32,000 nt of DNA from Ignicoccus pacificus DSM 13166 (GCA_025340205.1 CP006868.1:960001-992000); one strand, 5' to 3'. Shown: positions 8,647 through 18,139, numbered from the stretch's first letter. Program-made: numbers and translations. Notes: generated by a model from the sequence alone, not told the origin.

Positions 8647-9282
8647 ATGAACAAGGAGGAGCTGATAGCCAAGCTCATAAGAGAGGGGTACATAGCGCGG
8701 AAGGAAGTGGCGGAGGCCATGTTAAAGGTTCCTAGGGAGGAGTTCGTACCGGAGGAGCTGAGGCCTTATGCATACGAGGATAGACCTTTACCTATAGGAG
8801 AAGGGCAAACCATAAGCGCTCCTCATATGGTAGCCTACATGATTGAGGCTGCTGGAATAAAGAGGGGAGACAAAGTACTGGAGGTGGGGACGGGCTCCGG
8901 CTATCATGCAGCCGTAATGGCAGAAGTCGTCGGGCCGGAGGGTCACGTTTTCACGATTGAGAGGATTCCCGAGCTCGCCGAGAGGGCTAAGGAGAGGCTC
9001 GAGCGGTTGGGTTATGGTGATAGAGTAACGGTCTATGTCGGGGACGGGAGCAAGGGAATACCGGAGGAGGCGCCTTTCGATAAGATAATCGTCACGGCAG
9101 CGGCCAAGGAGATACCGGAGGAACTGCTAAGACAGCTGAAGCCGGGAGGGATTATGGTTATTCCCGTGGAAGAGGCCCCGGGGTTCCAAGTGCTCTATAG
9201 GGTACACAAGTCTCCAGATGGGAAAATTAGAATAGAAAAGCTTCTCCCGGTCATGTTCGTGCCTCTAGTTTCTGACAGCTGA
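8647..9282 (+). CDS. pcm: Protein-L-isoaspartate O-methyltransferase
   Basis: VPREEFVPEELRPYAYEDRPLPIGEGQTISAPHMVAYM, VLEVGTGSGYHAAVMAEVVG. Confidence 0.97.
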   Translation: MNKEELIAKLIREGYIARKEVAEAMLKVPREEFVPEELRPYAYEDRPLPIGEGQTISAPHMVAYMIEAAGIKRGDKVLEVGTGSGYHAAVMAEVVGPEGHVFTIERIPELAERAKERLERLGYGDRVTVYVGDGSKGIPEEAPFDKIIVTAAAKEIPEELLRQLKPGGIMVIPVEEAPGFQVLYRVHKSPDGKIRIEKLLPVMFVPLVSDS

Positions 9283-10582
9283 CCCTATAGTATTCCTCGG
9301 CGAACCTTAAGAAGGAAACGATCTTTCCTTCCCCCCACCTTTCCGCTACAACTTGAATTCCTATGCCGTCTGCTATTGGAGCGTTGCCGGCTGGTAATCC
9401 GGCCAAGTTGACCGGAACGGTGAGGACGTCCATGGCGAAGAGCTCCTTAGGAGAGCTCTTAGCTCCAAATGAGGGAGGCGTTACGGGCATCGTGGGCATT
9501 ATCAATACGCTTTCTCTCACTATCTCGTTCAACTCCTCATATACCGCCTTCCTGGCCTTAAGAGCCCTCAAGTAAAGCTCCTCGCTGTAGCCGGCTGAGA
9601 GCACGGTAGCGCCCATAGCGATTCTCCTCTTTACCTCCCAACCGAAGTACTTCCCTCTGACCTCGGCGATGAAGTCGTAGAAGTTCTCCGTCACCTCGGG
9701 AAGAAGCTCCTCCGGAAGCCCATACCTTATCCCATCGTACCTAGCCAAGTTGCTCGAAGCCTCCGCTAGAGCTATTACGTAATATGCTGGGAGGGCCTTC
9801 TCCAAGGCCTTAACCTTTTTGTACTCTACGTTTTTCAATTTCCTAATAAAAGAGTTGAAGGCATTCCTCACCTCCGGGTCTACGAGCTCTAACGCGTTTT
9901 CGGGAACCACGAACCTCAGCTTTTCCACGTCGAACTCCTTCAGATCCGGCTTCTTTACAGTGGTGTGGTCTCTCGGATCCTTCCCGGATATGATTTCGAA
10001 TATCTCTACAAGTTGGGAGACCGAGGGGGCAATTGGGGATATCTGCTCCAAGGAGTCAGCATAGGGGATCAAACCATATCTCGAGACAGCTCCATATGTC
10101 GGCTTTAAGGAGAAGACTGAGCACCAGGCGGCAGGGGCCCTTATCGAGCCTCCCGTATCGCTCCCTATCCCCGGAAGGCAGTACCCCCTAGCTGCCGCTC
10201 CAGCTCCCGAAGAGGAGCCCCCGGTGACCTTGCTCGTGTCGAGTGGGTTCTTAGCCGGTCCATAGGCGCTGTTCTCGCCCGTCGTACCCATCCCGAATTC
10301 ATCCATGTTGGTCTTTCCTATTATCACGTAACCCTTTTCTTTGAGCTTCCTCACGGTAGTGGCGTCAAAAACGGGGACGTAAGCTTGGAGGATCTTGGAA
10401 CCGGCTGTGGTCCTTATCCCCTTGGTCGCTATGTTATCCTTAACCGTTATCGGTTTAGGTTCTATCCCCCTTTCGAGTAACTCCTTGGCCTCCTTTAACA
10501 CCTCTTCCTTCGGTCTCAAGGTTATGAACGCGTTGAAGGAATCGTCTCCTATGATGTCATAGATCTTCTCGAAGAGCTCCAT
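9251..10582 (-). CDS. gatA: Glutamyl-tRNA(Gln)/aspartyl-tRNA(Asn) amidotransferase subunit A (amidase family)
   Basis: VKDNIATKGIRTTAGSKIL, GKTNMDEFGMGTTGENSAYG, GGSSSGAGAAARGYCLPGIGSDTGGSIRAPA. The ORF opens at 10606, but MELFEKIYD at 10582 is the more likely start. Confidence 0.93.
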   Translation of the reverse strand: MELFEKIYDIIGDDSFNAFITLRPKEEVLKEAKELLERGIEPKPITVKDNIATKGIRTTAGSKILQAYVPVFDATTVRKLKEKGYVIIGKTNMDEFGMGTTGENSAYGPAKNPLDTSKVTGGSSSGAGAAARGYCLPGIGSDTGGSIRAPAAWCSVFSLKPTYGAVSRYGLIPYADSLEQISPIAPSVSQLVEIFEIISGKDPRDHTTVKKPDLKEFDVEKLRFVVPENALELVDPEVRNAFNSFIRKLKNVEYKKVKALEKALPAYYVIALAEASSNLARYDGIRYGLPEELLPEVTENFYDFIAEVRGKYFGWEVKRRIAMGATVLSAGYSEELYLRALKARKAVYEELNEIVRESVLIMPTMPVTPPSFGAKSSPKELFAMDVLTVPVNLAGLPAGNAPIADGIGIQVVAERWGEGKIVSFLRFAEEYYRVSCQKLEART

Positions 10583-10627
10583 TAACGGCCCCGGCAGAGA
10601 TGACAAAAAGAGGTTATATTCTGGACC

Positions 10628-11008
10628 TCATTTCCTTCCGAAGATGTAAAGGGCGGTGAGGTCTCCCGCCTTTACCATGTATATGCCTAGGATAACGCTG
10701 ACTACTGTGTAAAACAGGGCCATTAAGGACTTACCGTCCTGAAGTAGGAAGTAATCATCGGCGACGAAGGTGCTGAAGGTGCTTAGGGCTCCACAGAAGC
10801 CGGTAGCTATGGCTAGCTTCAGCTGGCCCGGGAGACCTCTCTGATACTCGAACATTCCCAATATTAATCCCAACAAGAAGCTCGCTATCATGTTAACAGT
10901 AAACGTGGCCAGAGGGAAGCTCATAGGCTTTGGCAAAAACTTGTAGAAGTAGTATCTCACTATAGCTCCCACGGCTCCTCCTATGGCTACCCATAGCAGA
11001 GAGTCCAT
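10628..11008 (-). CDS. crcB: Fluoride channel CrcB/Fluc
   Basis: GGAVGAIVRYYFYK, FPLATFTVNMIASFLLG, TGFCGALSTFSTFVAD. Confidence 0.95.
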   Translation of the reverse strand: MDSLLWVAIGGAVGAIVRYYFYKFLPKPMSFPLATFTVNMIASFLLGLILGMFEYQRGLPGQLKLAIATGFCGALSTFSTFVADDYFLLQDGKSLMALFYTVVSVILGIYMVKAGDLTALYIFGRK

Positions 11009-11043
11009 ACCTCAGATCCCTAGGGTCACGCTAGGAAGGGCTT

Positions 11044-11475
11044 TTACGGGCATCTCCACCTGACCACGTCCCCGCTCAAGCTGACCAAGGGTTTAGCCTT
11101 CCCTTCTCTTATCAACTTCTCCAACTCCTCCGGATCAATCGCGTAGACGTAAGCCTCCAGTACCGATCCGGTATCCTTTCTCTTTACCTTTATCTTAACT
11201 CTCTTATATTCTCCCTCGGTTACTCCTTCGTAAACGTCCAGTTTCTCTAATCCCTCCTCTGGAATTAAGTAGAGCTCACCCTCAACGAAGTGTTCGCCTC
11301 CATAGAGGAGGAGCCCGGGATAACGTTCGCTGTTAACTAGGATATCATATAGAGTGTGCCTGTCTACGGTAACCGCCTCTGCTAGAAAGGTTCCGCCAGC
11401 TTCAAGCAAGACGTCGTGTGTAGGGCATCCTCTCATGAGGGTACCGTACACAAACAAGAACTCCATAGGCTCCAA
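11044..11475 (-). CDS. Gamma-glutamylcyclotransferase-like (AIG2/GGCT) family protein
   Basis: FLFVYGTLMRG, YPGLLLYGG, VEGELYLIPEEGLEKLDVYEGV. Confidence 0.9.
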   Translation of the reverse strand: MEPMEFLFVYGTLMRGCPTHDVLLEAGGTFLAEAVTVDRHTLYDILVNSERYPGLLLYGGEHFVEGELYLIPEEGLEKLDVYEGVTEGEYKRVKIKVKRKDTGSVLEAYVYAIDPEELEKLIREGKAKPLVSLSGDVVRWRCP

Positions 11476-11517
11476 TTTCGCGACCCCATGGAAGTTAGAC
11501 GAAGGGGAAAATAGGTT

Positions 11518-13221
11518 CTAGGAAGAGGGCTTAGCGAACTTGGGCCTCTTCGAGTACAGCAAGGGAAGTGACTGAGGCATCTGGGGATAGCTGCCAACCG
11601 CCTCCTTTATCTTCTTGGCCAGCTCCTCGATAGTCATTTCAACCCTATCGTTGGACCCTCTTATGTTCACGACTATGGATCCGGTCTCCTTCTCCCTCTT
11701 CCCCACTATTACCACATAGGGTATCCACTCCTTGCCAGCATCTCTAATCTTCCTTCCAAGGGATAGGTTCCTATCATCTACATCGACTCTTATTCCATAG
11801 CTCTTGAGCTCGTCAGCAACGCTCATGGCGTAGGTAAGCAATTCTCTATTTACTGGTATTACTCTAGCTTGTATCGGCGCTAACCACACCGGAAGGGAGG
11901 GGGTCTTGTTTTCCCTGAACTCTTTGGCAGCCTTGTCAAGTATCATGTAGAGGAACCTTTCAATGGAACCTATGGGAGCGCTCTTCACGATATATAGATC
12001 GTCCCTCTTCTTGCTGAGCGTCCAGCTTCCTATTTCCACCGGCACGCCGCAGTTGTTTATTATGAAATACTCGGTGTCGATCAGTTTTTCAGGATCGTCG
12101 AAGAGCCTTACGAGGGCGCATCTGTTGTCTCTCTTTATCATCTTTACAATTACATCTTTTACATCTTCGAAGAACTTTTCATTAACGTTGTAGAGTACTA
12201 CGTATTTCTGGCCTATCTTCTCCGCTTCTGCATGAATCAAGTCATGTATCATCAACACGTGATTAAGAACGTCCGACAAATTGTTGAAGTAGGTAGTTAT
12301 CGTGGGAACGGTGAAGGAAGAGCACCTCTTGCAGATCACTTGATCGTTCTCGTTGCGATACAAGTGCGCTATCTCGTAAATCCCTACGGGCAAAACATCT
12401 AGCTCCTCTTCGATGAGCTCTTCTACTTGGGCCAGCTCGGAATCCCTTAAACAGAAGTCTTCACACCTTAGGGAATTAGCGTCACAGTTCGTGTCGATTA
12501 TAGATCCCCTTATTAAGAACACGGGTATCTCGAGGGATTCGCCTAGATAGTTGGCGTAAAGGAGTATGGTGTTGTACATAAAGTAGGCCAAGGGTTTGTA
12601 CCTATGGGTACACGCCTTGCCCGTCTTCTTCATTACTACCCCAAACTTCTCACAGAACTGAGATACCAAGTCCTCGCATTTAGAAACGTTGCCCTCGAGA
12701 TAATCCCTCAGTTTCCTTAACTCATCATCTTTTAGCTGGTCTAGATCTTCACTTATCGTTCCGTCCGGGGTAATCCAAAGTATCTTCTTGAAGGGAGTTT
12801 CCTTTCTCTTAGGCCTGAAGCTCTTCGAGAGCTCCGCTAACGGATGACCTTTGCAAGAGAGCTCGAAGCGTTTGTACCATCCGAAGGGAGCTCTAAGTAC
12901 CTCAAACCCCATATCTGAGAACATCTTTGCCATAGTCCTTAGGACCTCTAGCGCCTCCCAAGGCTTGGCTAAGTTCGAGGAGAGGTGGGCGTAAGGATAA
13001 ACAACTATCCTCTTAACGCCTATCCTCTTAGCATGTTCTGAAATCTCCTTTACCGCATCAGCTACCACTTCCTTATCTCCGGGCTCTACTGTTACAAAAA
13101 GCACCAAGGCGTTTTCAGCTTCCCCCTTCTTGGGGACCTCATCTAGACTTTCGGCACTTTTGATGGCCTTCTTAACTGCTTCGTAACTGAACTTGTCAGC
13201 GTGGATCAGTAGAACCCTCAA
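11518..13221 (-). CDS. thrS: Threonyl-tRNA synthetase-like protein, probable editing-type ThrRS (ThrRS-ed/ThrRS-2)
   Basis: N-terminal archaeal editing domain (MRVLLIHADKFSYEAV, VVYPYAHLSSNLAKPWEAL, LRAPFGWYKRFELSCKGHPLAELS). C-terminal class II anticodon-binding domain (WLAPIQARVIPVN...DVDDRNLSLGRKIRDAGKEWIPYVVIVG). The central catalytic core is very divergent. Confidence 0.82.
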   Translation of the reverse strand: MRVLLIHADKFSYEAVKKAIKSAESLDEVPKKGEAENALVLFVTVEPGDKEVVADAVKEISEHAKRIGVKRIVVYPYAHLSSNLAKPWEALEVLRTMAKMFSDMGFEVLRAPFGWYKRFELSCKGHPLAELSKSFRPKRKETPFKKILWITPDGTISEDLDQLKDDELRKLRDYLEGNVSKCEDLVSQFCEKFGVVMKKTGKACTHRYKPLAYFMYNTILLYANYLGESLEIPVFLIRGSIIDTNCDANSLRCEDFCLRDSELAQVEELIEEELDVLPVGIYEIAHLYRNENDQVICKRCSSFTVPTITTYFNNLSDVLNHVLMIHDLIHAEAEKIGQKYVVLYNVNEKFFEDVKDVIVKMIKRDNRCALVRLFDDPEKLIDTEYFIINNCGVPVEIGSWTLSKKRDDLYIVKSAPIGSIERFLYMILDKAAKEFRENKTPSLPVWLAPIQARVIPVNRELLTYAMSVADELKSYGIRVDVDDRNLSLGRKIRDAGKEWIPYVVIVGKREKETGSIVVNIRGSNDRVEMTIEELAKKIKEAVGSYPQMPQSLPLLYSKRPKFAKPSS

Positions 13222-16187
13222 CCTCTGGTACCCTTAGTAGTTGACGTTGGGCGGGATGTTGAGCTTACCGTTCTCGGAGTCCTGTAGACGAAGGCGCCTA
13301 TCAGCGCAGCTATTGCCATTATTATCGGCCCTGTCCACACGAATATAGCACCCGGTATCACCTTTGCCTGTACGTAGAGTCCTTCGGTCTTTATTAGACT
13401 AGTGTAGTTCTTCGCCATTAAGTATAGCTCCAGCGTCGCCAGCTCTAAGTACGTAGGCAATTGATCTTGTCTTATCTGGTTTACTACGTTTATGTTGTAG
13501 CCAGCCGCGAACAGTGCAGCTAGCGCGAGCTTCTGGCCCAGCGTGTAGTTCTTGCTATTGAATAGCTCGTGGAGGTACCAGAGCAGTAGATCGTGATATG
13601 AAGCGCCCATTAAGACGTGGGACTGAGCTACCGGTGGGTTGAGGACAACGTAGAGGTCGCTTATTCCATAGCTTGGGTGTATTACCTTGGGCACTAGGCC
13701 GTGGATACCTTGTATCTCTCCGTATGCCTCGTACCTTATCTTGGCATGGAAGTCGTGAGTGCTATTACCTACTATTACCTTGAAGTTCAGCGTTAGCATT
13801 GCTGTTTCGGGTATGTATCTGGGTGCTCTCACATAACCGGCACAGTCCTGATGGATACATTTGGTGCCTGGGGGAGGAGTTATCAGCTTCTTGACGTTCT
13901 CAGGGTTCTCCAAGAACTTGCCTAACTCGGAGTGCATTAAGCTCTTGATGAGAGGATCTTGAAGACCTTTGAGATATATCATTATTCCGCTGCTTACGGT
14001 TCCGGTGCTCGGATAGGTTCCGTTCTTGAAGATCACGACGCCATGAAGCACGGTAAAGGCCTCAGGGATCATAGTTCTCATGTGAATTGCTATTGGTGTG
14101 GCCGCTGGATAAACCGTTATGTTGTCGGATCTGACGACTATGTCTCCATACTTTATTACAATTGGTTTTTCCAGCTTGAACTCTAGGACGTCATGTGGCG
14201 TTAAGTTAAGGTATCTGTCTATTATCAAATTCTTTACATCTATTGAGAACGAATAGCCCAAGTCCCCGCTCCTGGTCCTCCATAGATAGAGGACTACGGT
14301 TCCTCCCGTAGAGTTGAGAACTCCGGTTGAGTTGATGAGTTTCTGTTTATTCTTCATTAAGTCTTTTATGTAGAAGTACTTATAGTGGACGTTCTTCAAC
14401 GTATAGTTGGTTAAGTTGTATACCATTACGTTGTCACTCTGGTAGATAGGTTGGCCATGCAGAACCTTGTCGACTATGAACTGTAGGAGCGGGTTAGATT
14501 TTATGGTCTTACTTACGTTATTCATGAACTGCAGATAGGGAGAGACGTCGTGAGCTATCGCCTTTAACGCTAACCACGCGTAGAAGTAAACGCTCGACTT
14601 CTGTACGTATCTGTCATATATGTCCACGAAAGAGTTTCCAAGCTTGTAGTGGAAACTCGACAAGCTCAGCTTCATCCCGTTGGGCAAGCTCTCTACGGTT
14701 CCCGGAGGTAGGTTGAAGTGGTAGAAGTAGTTGCTGTTGAAAGCGTAGGTACCAGACATGAGTACGCCTAGCGCAGTAAGCGCCATTCCGAAGTGAAGCA
14801 AACCTACATCGATGTCCTTAAGGTTCTTGTATCTCTTTATTATGTAGTACACAGCGGAAGCCATTACGAATCCAGTAAGAGGTATGCCAAATGCCATCAT
14901 AGCATTAGTAGTGTTCGGTGAAAGGTGGGCGAGCTTCAAGTAACCCATCAGTGCAGCTATCGTCGCTACAGCGGACGTCAACAGTACGGTGACCTCAGCG
15001 GCTATAATGGCCTTCCAGCCCCAATCGTTAAGAAGGACCATTGGTAATGCTACGAGCATAAGTATTAGGAGCGGATAGAGTACTGGGTGGAAGTACTTAA
15101 TACCATCGCTCATCTGAGGCACTGAGGCCTCATGACCCATCGCCACCATTAGCGATGGCACGAACAGAGTTCCGTAAACGAAGAACGCGGCGATTCCAAG
15201 AGCTATGGCTGCTAGTAAGGTTCCGACATAGTAGGGTTGAGGGTTCTTGAACGCACTCTTCAATGGCTTTAGCGGGTTCTCTGCTTCGGCTAACTCCCTT
15301 AGCCACCAGAGCAAGTAAACTATTGCCATTATGAGGAGTGAGAGACTTCCGGCGTTTGCTCCGGCGAAGCTGTGCAGAGGACTCAGTCCAGTTCTTGTCA
15401 CGAACATCGCTAGGAAGACCGAGGAAGGGACGAGAGCTGCGAAGGCCCTAGCTAAGTTCGGTAATATAGGAACTAGGTGAGGGTAGAGCGTCGCGGCGAG
15501 CCATACCATGAGCTCGCTTGTCTCGACGGGATCCCACGCCCAGTATCCTCCCCATCCGAACGTCTCATAGCTCCAAAGGGCACCGAGCATTATTCCTATG
15601 GTGAGCAGAGCCCAACCGACGTTATAGGTAGCCCTTCCCCTCCTATAGCCTAAGGCCAGCGCTATGGCTGATATCGCCAGTATTCCGTAACCTCCGAAGG
15701 TGCTTAGAGGGTGTGGGTAAAGCCAAGGACTCTTCAGCAGGGGGTTAAGCCCGGCTCCCGTTATGGGGTGACCCGGTATTAGGGTAAAGGCGTCGTTCAT
15801 GTAGGCCGCGAAGAGACCTACTAGAATTACCGGTATCGCTGCCAAGTAAAGCCTTATCCCCCCATCTCTTAGGAAGAAGAGCGTCATGCCAGCCAACATC
15901 GTGAAGAGGAATAAGCTGCCTCCTCCGCCTGACCAAGAAGTAGCTATTCTCATCCACAAAGGCATTCCTTCGCTTGAGTTCCAATAGACCTCATGAAGGC
16001 TGAAGTCTAGCGTGACGAAGGGTATCAAGTAAAGCAGCCAAGATACGAGTAGCGCTATGCTAGCGTACGTTAGGAACTTCTTAGCTCTCTTGCTATCACC
16101 TTTCACAGAGTAATATAACGTTGCCACGTAGAGGGCGGCAGCTATCAGAGGCGGATAGCCCGTCCAATGAAGCATAAGCTCGTGCAC
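13218..16187 (-). CDS. CcmF/CcsA-family cytochrome c biogenesis (heme lyase) protein with large extracytoplasmic insertion
   Basis: 989 aa, multi-TM. WWD-type motif FGWGGYWAWDPVETSELMVWLAATLYPH, GSLFLFTMLAG, FVTRTGLSPLHSFA. Overlaps the downstream gene by 4 nt. Confidence 0.85.
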   Translation of the reverse strand: MHELMLHWTGYPPLIAAALYVATLYYSVKGDSKRAKKFLTYASIALLVSWLLYLIPFVTLDFSLHEVYWNSSEGMPLWMRIATSWSGGGGSLFLFTMLAGMTLFFLRDGGIRLYLAAIPVILVGLFAAYMNDAFTLIPGHPITGAGLNPLLKSPWLYPHPLSTFGGYGILAISAIALALGYRRGRATYNVGWALLTIGIMLGALWSYETFGWGGYWAWDPVETSELMVWLAATLYPHLVPILPNLARAFAALVPSSVFLAMFVTRTGLSPLHSFAGANAGSLSLLIMAIVYLLWWLRELAEAENPLKPLKSAFKNPQPYYVGTLLAAIALGIAAFFVYGTLFVPSLMVAMGHEASVPQMSDGIKYFHPVLYPLLILMLVALPMVLLNDWGWKAIIAAEVTVLLTSAVATIAALMGYLKLAHLSPNTTNAMMAFGIPLTGFVMASAVYYIIKRYKNLKDIDVGLLHFGMALTALGVLMSGTYAFNSNYFYHFNLPPGTVESLPNGMKLSLSSFHYKLGNSFVDIYDRYVQKSSVYFYAWLALKAIAHDVSPYLQFMNNVSKTIKSNPLLQFIVDKVLHGQPIYQSDNVMVYNLTNYTLKNVHYKYFYIKDLMKNKQKLINSTGVLNSTGGTVVLYLWRTRSGDLGYSFSIDVKNLIIDRYLNLTPHDVLEFKLEKPIVIKYGDIVVRSDNITVYPAATPIAIHMRTMIPEAFTVLHGVVIFKNGTYPSTGTVSSGIMIYLKGLQDPLIKSLMHSELGKFLENPENVKKLITPPPGTKCIHQDCAGYVRAPRYIPETAMLTLNFKVIVGNSTHDFHAKIRYEAYGEIQGIHGLVPKVIHPSYGISDLYVVLNPPVAQSHVLMGASYHDLLLWYLHELFNSKNYTLGQKLALAALFAAGYNINVVNQIRQDQLPTYLELATLELYLMAKNYTSLIKTEGLYVQAKVIPGAIFVWTGPIIMAIAALIGAFVYRTPRTVSSTSRPTSTTKGTRG

Positions 16188-16261
16188 CTATTGCGGGGCA
16201 CGGTAACTTCAATTATAAGAAGGACGTTAGCTTTTCCGAATACAAACCCTCACTCCTATAT

Positions 16262-16290
16262 GTTAACACCGTTAACGATATTTCGAAATA
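16262..16290. promoter_or_regulatory. Palindrome cluster: GTTAACACCGTTAAC and TATTTCGAAATA
   Basis: Read directly. The overlapping track ORF codons (MLTPLTIFRNTP) confirm the bases. Lies in the 207-nt divergent intergenic region. Confidence 0.45.
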
Positions 16291-16343
16291 CACCCTCTCC
16301 TGATCGAATTCATCGAACGGAATGGTGTGAAAGGAGTACCGGA

Positions 16344-16356
16344 TATGTATAAAAGG
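16344..16356 (+). promoter_or_regulatory. Archaeal TATA box upstream of the citramalate/isopropylmalate synthase-like gene
   Basis: tatgtataaaagg, about 40-50 nt before the GTG start at 16395. Confidence 0.65.
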
Positions 16357-16394
16357 TTTCCTTACCCGCACCGACCGGTGCATGAGGGTGAAGG

Positions 16395-18020
16395 GTGGTT
16401 ACCAAATTCATAGCTGACGAGAAACCTCAAAAGGTGGAGGTTTTAGATACAACTCTCCGTGACGGAGCTCAAGCTAAGGGAGTATCCTTCGATCTCCAAG
16501 CTAAGATAAGGATAACCTTAGCACTCGATGAAATAGGGGTACACTTCATAGAGGCGGGTTGGCCTGGGAGCAATCCGAAGGATGAGGAGTACTTCAAGGA
16601 GATAAGGAAGTACGATCTCAGGAACTCAGAGCTCGTAGCCTTTACCTCCACAAGAAGGAAGAATATGAAGGCATCTCAAGATCCTATACTCCAAAAGGTG
16701 TTGGATGCAGACACCAAGTGGATAACGGTATTCGGTAAGAGCTGGGACCTTCACGTAACTGACGTTCTCAAGACCACGCTCGAAGAAAACTTGAACATGA
16801 TATATGATACAATAAAGTACCTTAAGGAAAACGGAAGAAACGTGATCTTCGATGCTGAACACTTCTTTGACGGTTTCAAGAGGAACAAGGAGTATGCTTT
16901 GAAAGTATTGAAGACCGCTGAGGAGGCGGGAGCTGACAGAATAGTGCTTGCTGACACGAACGGAGGAAGCTTGCCTCATGAGGTATACAACGTTGTTATG
17001 GAAGTGAAGCAACACGTAAAGAAACCTCTTGGTCTGCACATGCACAACGATAGCGGTTGCGCGGTGGCGAATACCTTGATGGGCGTGCTAGCTGGGGCCT
17101 CTCACGTGCACGTAACGGTCAACGGAATTGGAGAGAGGACCGGTAACGCAGACCTCTGCGTCGTAGTGCCCAATTTAGAGTTGAAGATGGGAATAGAAGC
17201 ATTGAAGAACAGAGAAGGCCTTAAGATGCTGAAGTCCCTCTCCAGCTTAGTCTATGAACTAGCGGGAATTCCTCCTAACCCTTACCAACCTTATGTTGGT
17301 GATAACGCCTTCGCGCACAAGGCTGGAGTACATGTAGACGCAGTCCTCAAGAACCCAGTAGCCTACGAGCACGTTCCTCCAGAGAGCGTGGGTAACGCTA
17401 GGAAGGTGGCGGTATCCGAGCTCAGCGGAGCGGCCAACTTGGTCAGCTGGGCTAGGAAGGAGCTCGGAATAATGGTGGATAAGAGGGAGCCGGCGGTCAG
17501 GAGGGCCTTGAGGAGGATAAAGGAGTTGGAGAACAAGGGCTACAGCTTCGACAACGCTACTGCCTCAGCCTTACTAATACTCCTTGAAGAGATGGGGTTG
17601 AGAGGAAAGACGTTCGAGGTTAAGGATTGGAGGGTCATAAGCGAGGGTAAGGACTTGAGTGGGGCTAAGAGCTGGAGCGTGGTCAAGTTGGGTAACGGCG
17701 AGGAGTACTTGGAGGCGGGAGAGGGAATAGGACCGGTGGAGGCGATAGATAAGGCGCTGAGGAAGGCCCTAACCAAGGTAGCTCCTGAGGCCTCAAGCGT
17801 AAAGCTAATAGACTACAGGGTGCATCTGCCTAAGGCATCAAAGCACACGGAGAGCGACGTAAGGGTGGAGATAACCTTTAGCGACGGCAAGGAGTTCTGG
17901 ACAACCACTGCGGTCTCAAGAAACATAATTGAAGCTAGCTTAAAGGCATTGGTGGAAGGTATAGAGTACTACTTAATAAAGAGGAAGCTCATGGCTCTCA
18001 GAGGGATGATGGTCCCGTGA
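16395..18020 (+). CDS. cimA: LeuA-family synthase, probably (R)-citramalate synthase (CimA, Geobacter-like type)
   Basis: VEVLDTTLRDGAQAKGVSFDLQAKI, FIEAGWPGSNPKDEEYF, KPLGLHMHNDSGCAVANT, VTVNGIGERTGNADL, C-terminal LeuA allosteric-like domain. Confidence 0.87.
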   Translation: MVTKFIADEKPQKVEVLDTTLRDGAQAKGVSFDLQAKIRITLALDEIGVHFIEAGWPGSNPKDEEYFKEIRKYDLRNSELVAFTSTRRKNMKASQDPILQKVLDADTKWITVFGKSWDLHVTDVLKTTLEENLNMIYDTIKYLKENGRNVIFDAEHFFDGFKRNKEYALKVLKTAEEAGADRIVLADTNGGSLPHEVYNVVMEVKQHVKKPLGLHMHNDSGCAVANTLMGVLAGASHVHVTVNGIGERTGNADLCVVVPNLELKMGIEALKNREGLKMLKSLSSLVYELAGIPPNPYQPYVGDNAFAHKAGVHVDAVLKNPVAYEHVPPESVGNARKVAVSELSGAANLVSWARKELGIMVDKREPAVRRALRRIKELENKGYSFDNATASALLILLEEMGLRGKTFEVKDWRVISEGKDLSGAKSWSVVKLGNGEEYLEAGEGIGPVEAIDKALRKALTKVAPEASSVKLIDYRVHLPKASKHTESDVRVEITFSDGKEFWTTTAVSRNIIEASLKALVEGIEYYLIKRKLMALRGMMVP

Positions 18021-18058
18021 GGATGCCCCTACTCTCTGATTTCTAGATGAAGAGTGCG

Positions 18059-18109
18059 GTCCTTCTCCGAGGACTGGGATCGGCCGAGAACCGACTCCTC
18101 ACCTCTCGG
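18059..18109 (+). other. Two tandem hairpin-forming inverted repeats in the trpG leader
   Basis: GTCCT(tctccg)AGGAC at 18059-18074 and CCGAGA(N14)TCTCGG at 18084-18109. Confidence 0.35.
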
Positions 18110-18139
18110 TGCCCATAAGTACTCCTCATCTCCCATTAC

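Noticed and set aside
16167-16352. 61-aa plus-strand ORF spanning the divergent spacer
   Set aside because: Crosses the ccmF start region and palindromic promoter elements. No coding character and no Shine-Dalgarno.
16626-17045. 139-aa and other minus ORFs inside the LeuA-family gene
   Set aside because: Shadow ORFs opposite a strongly supported coding sequence.
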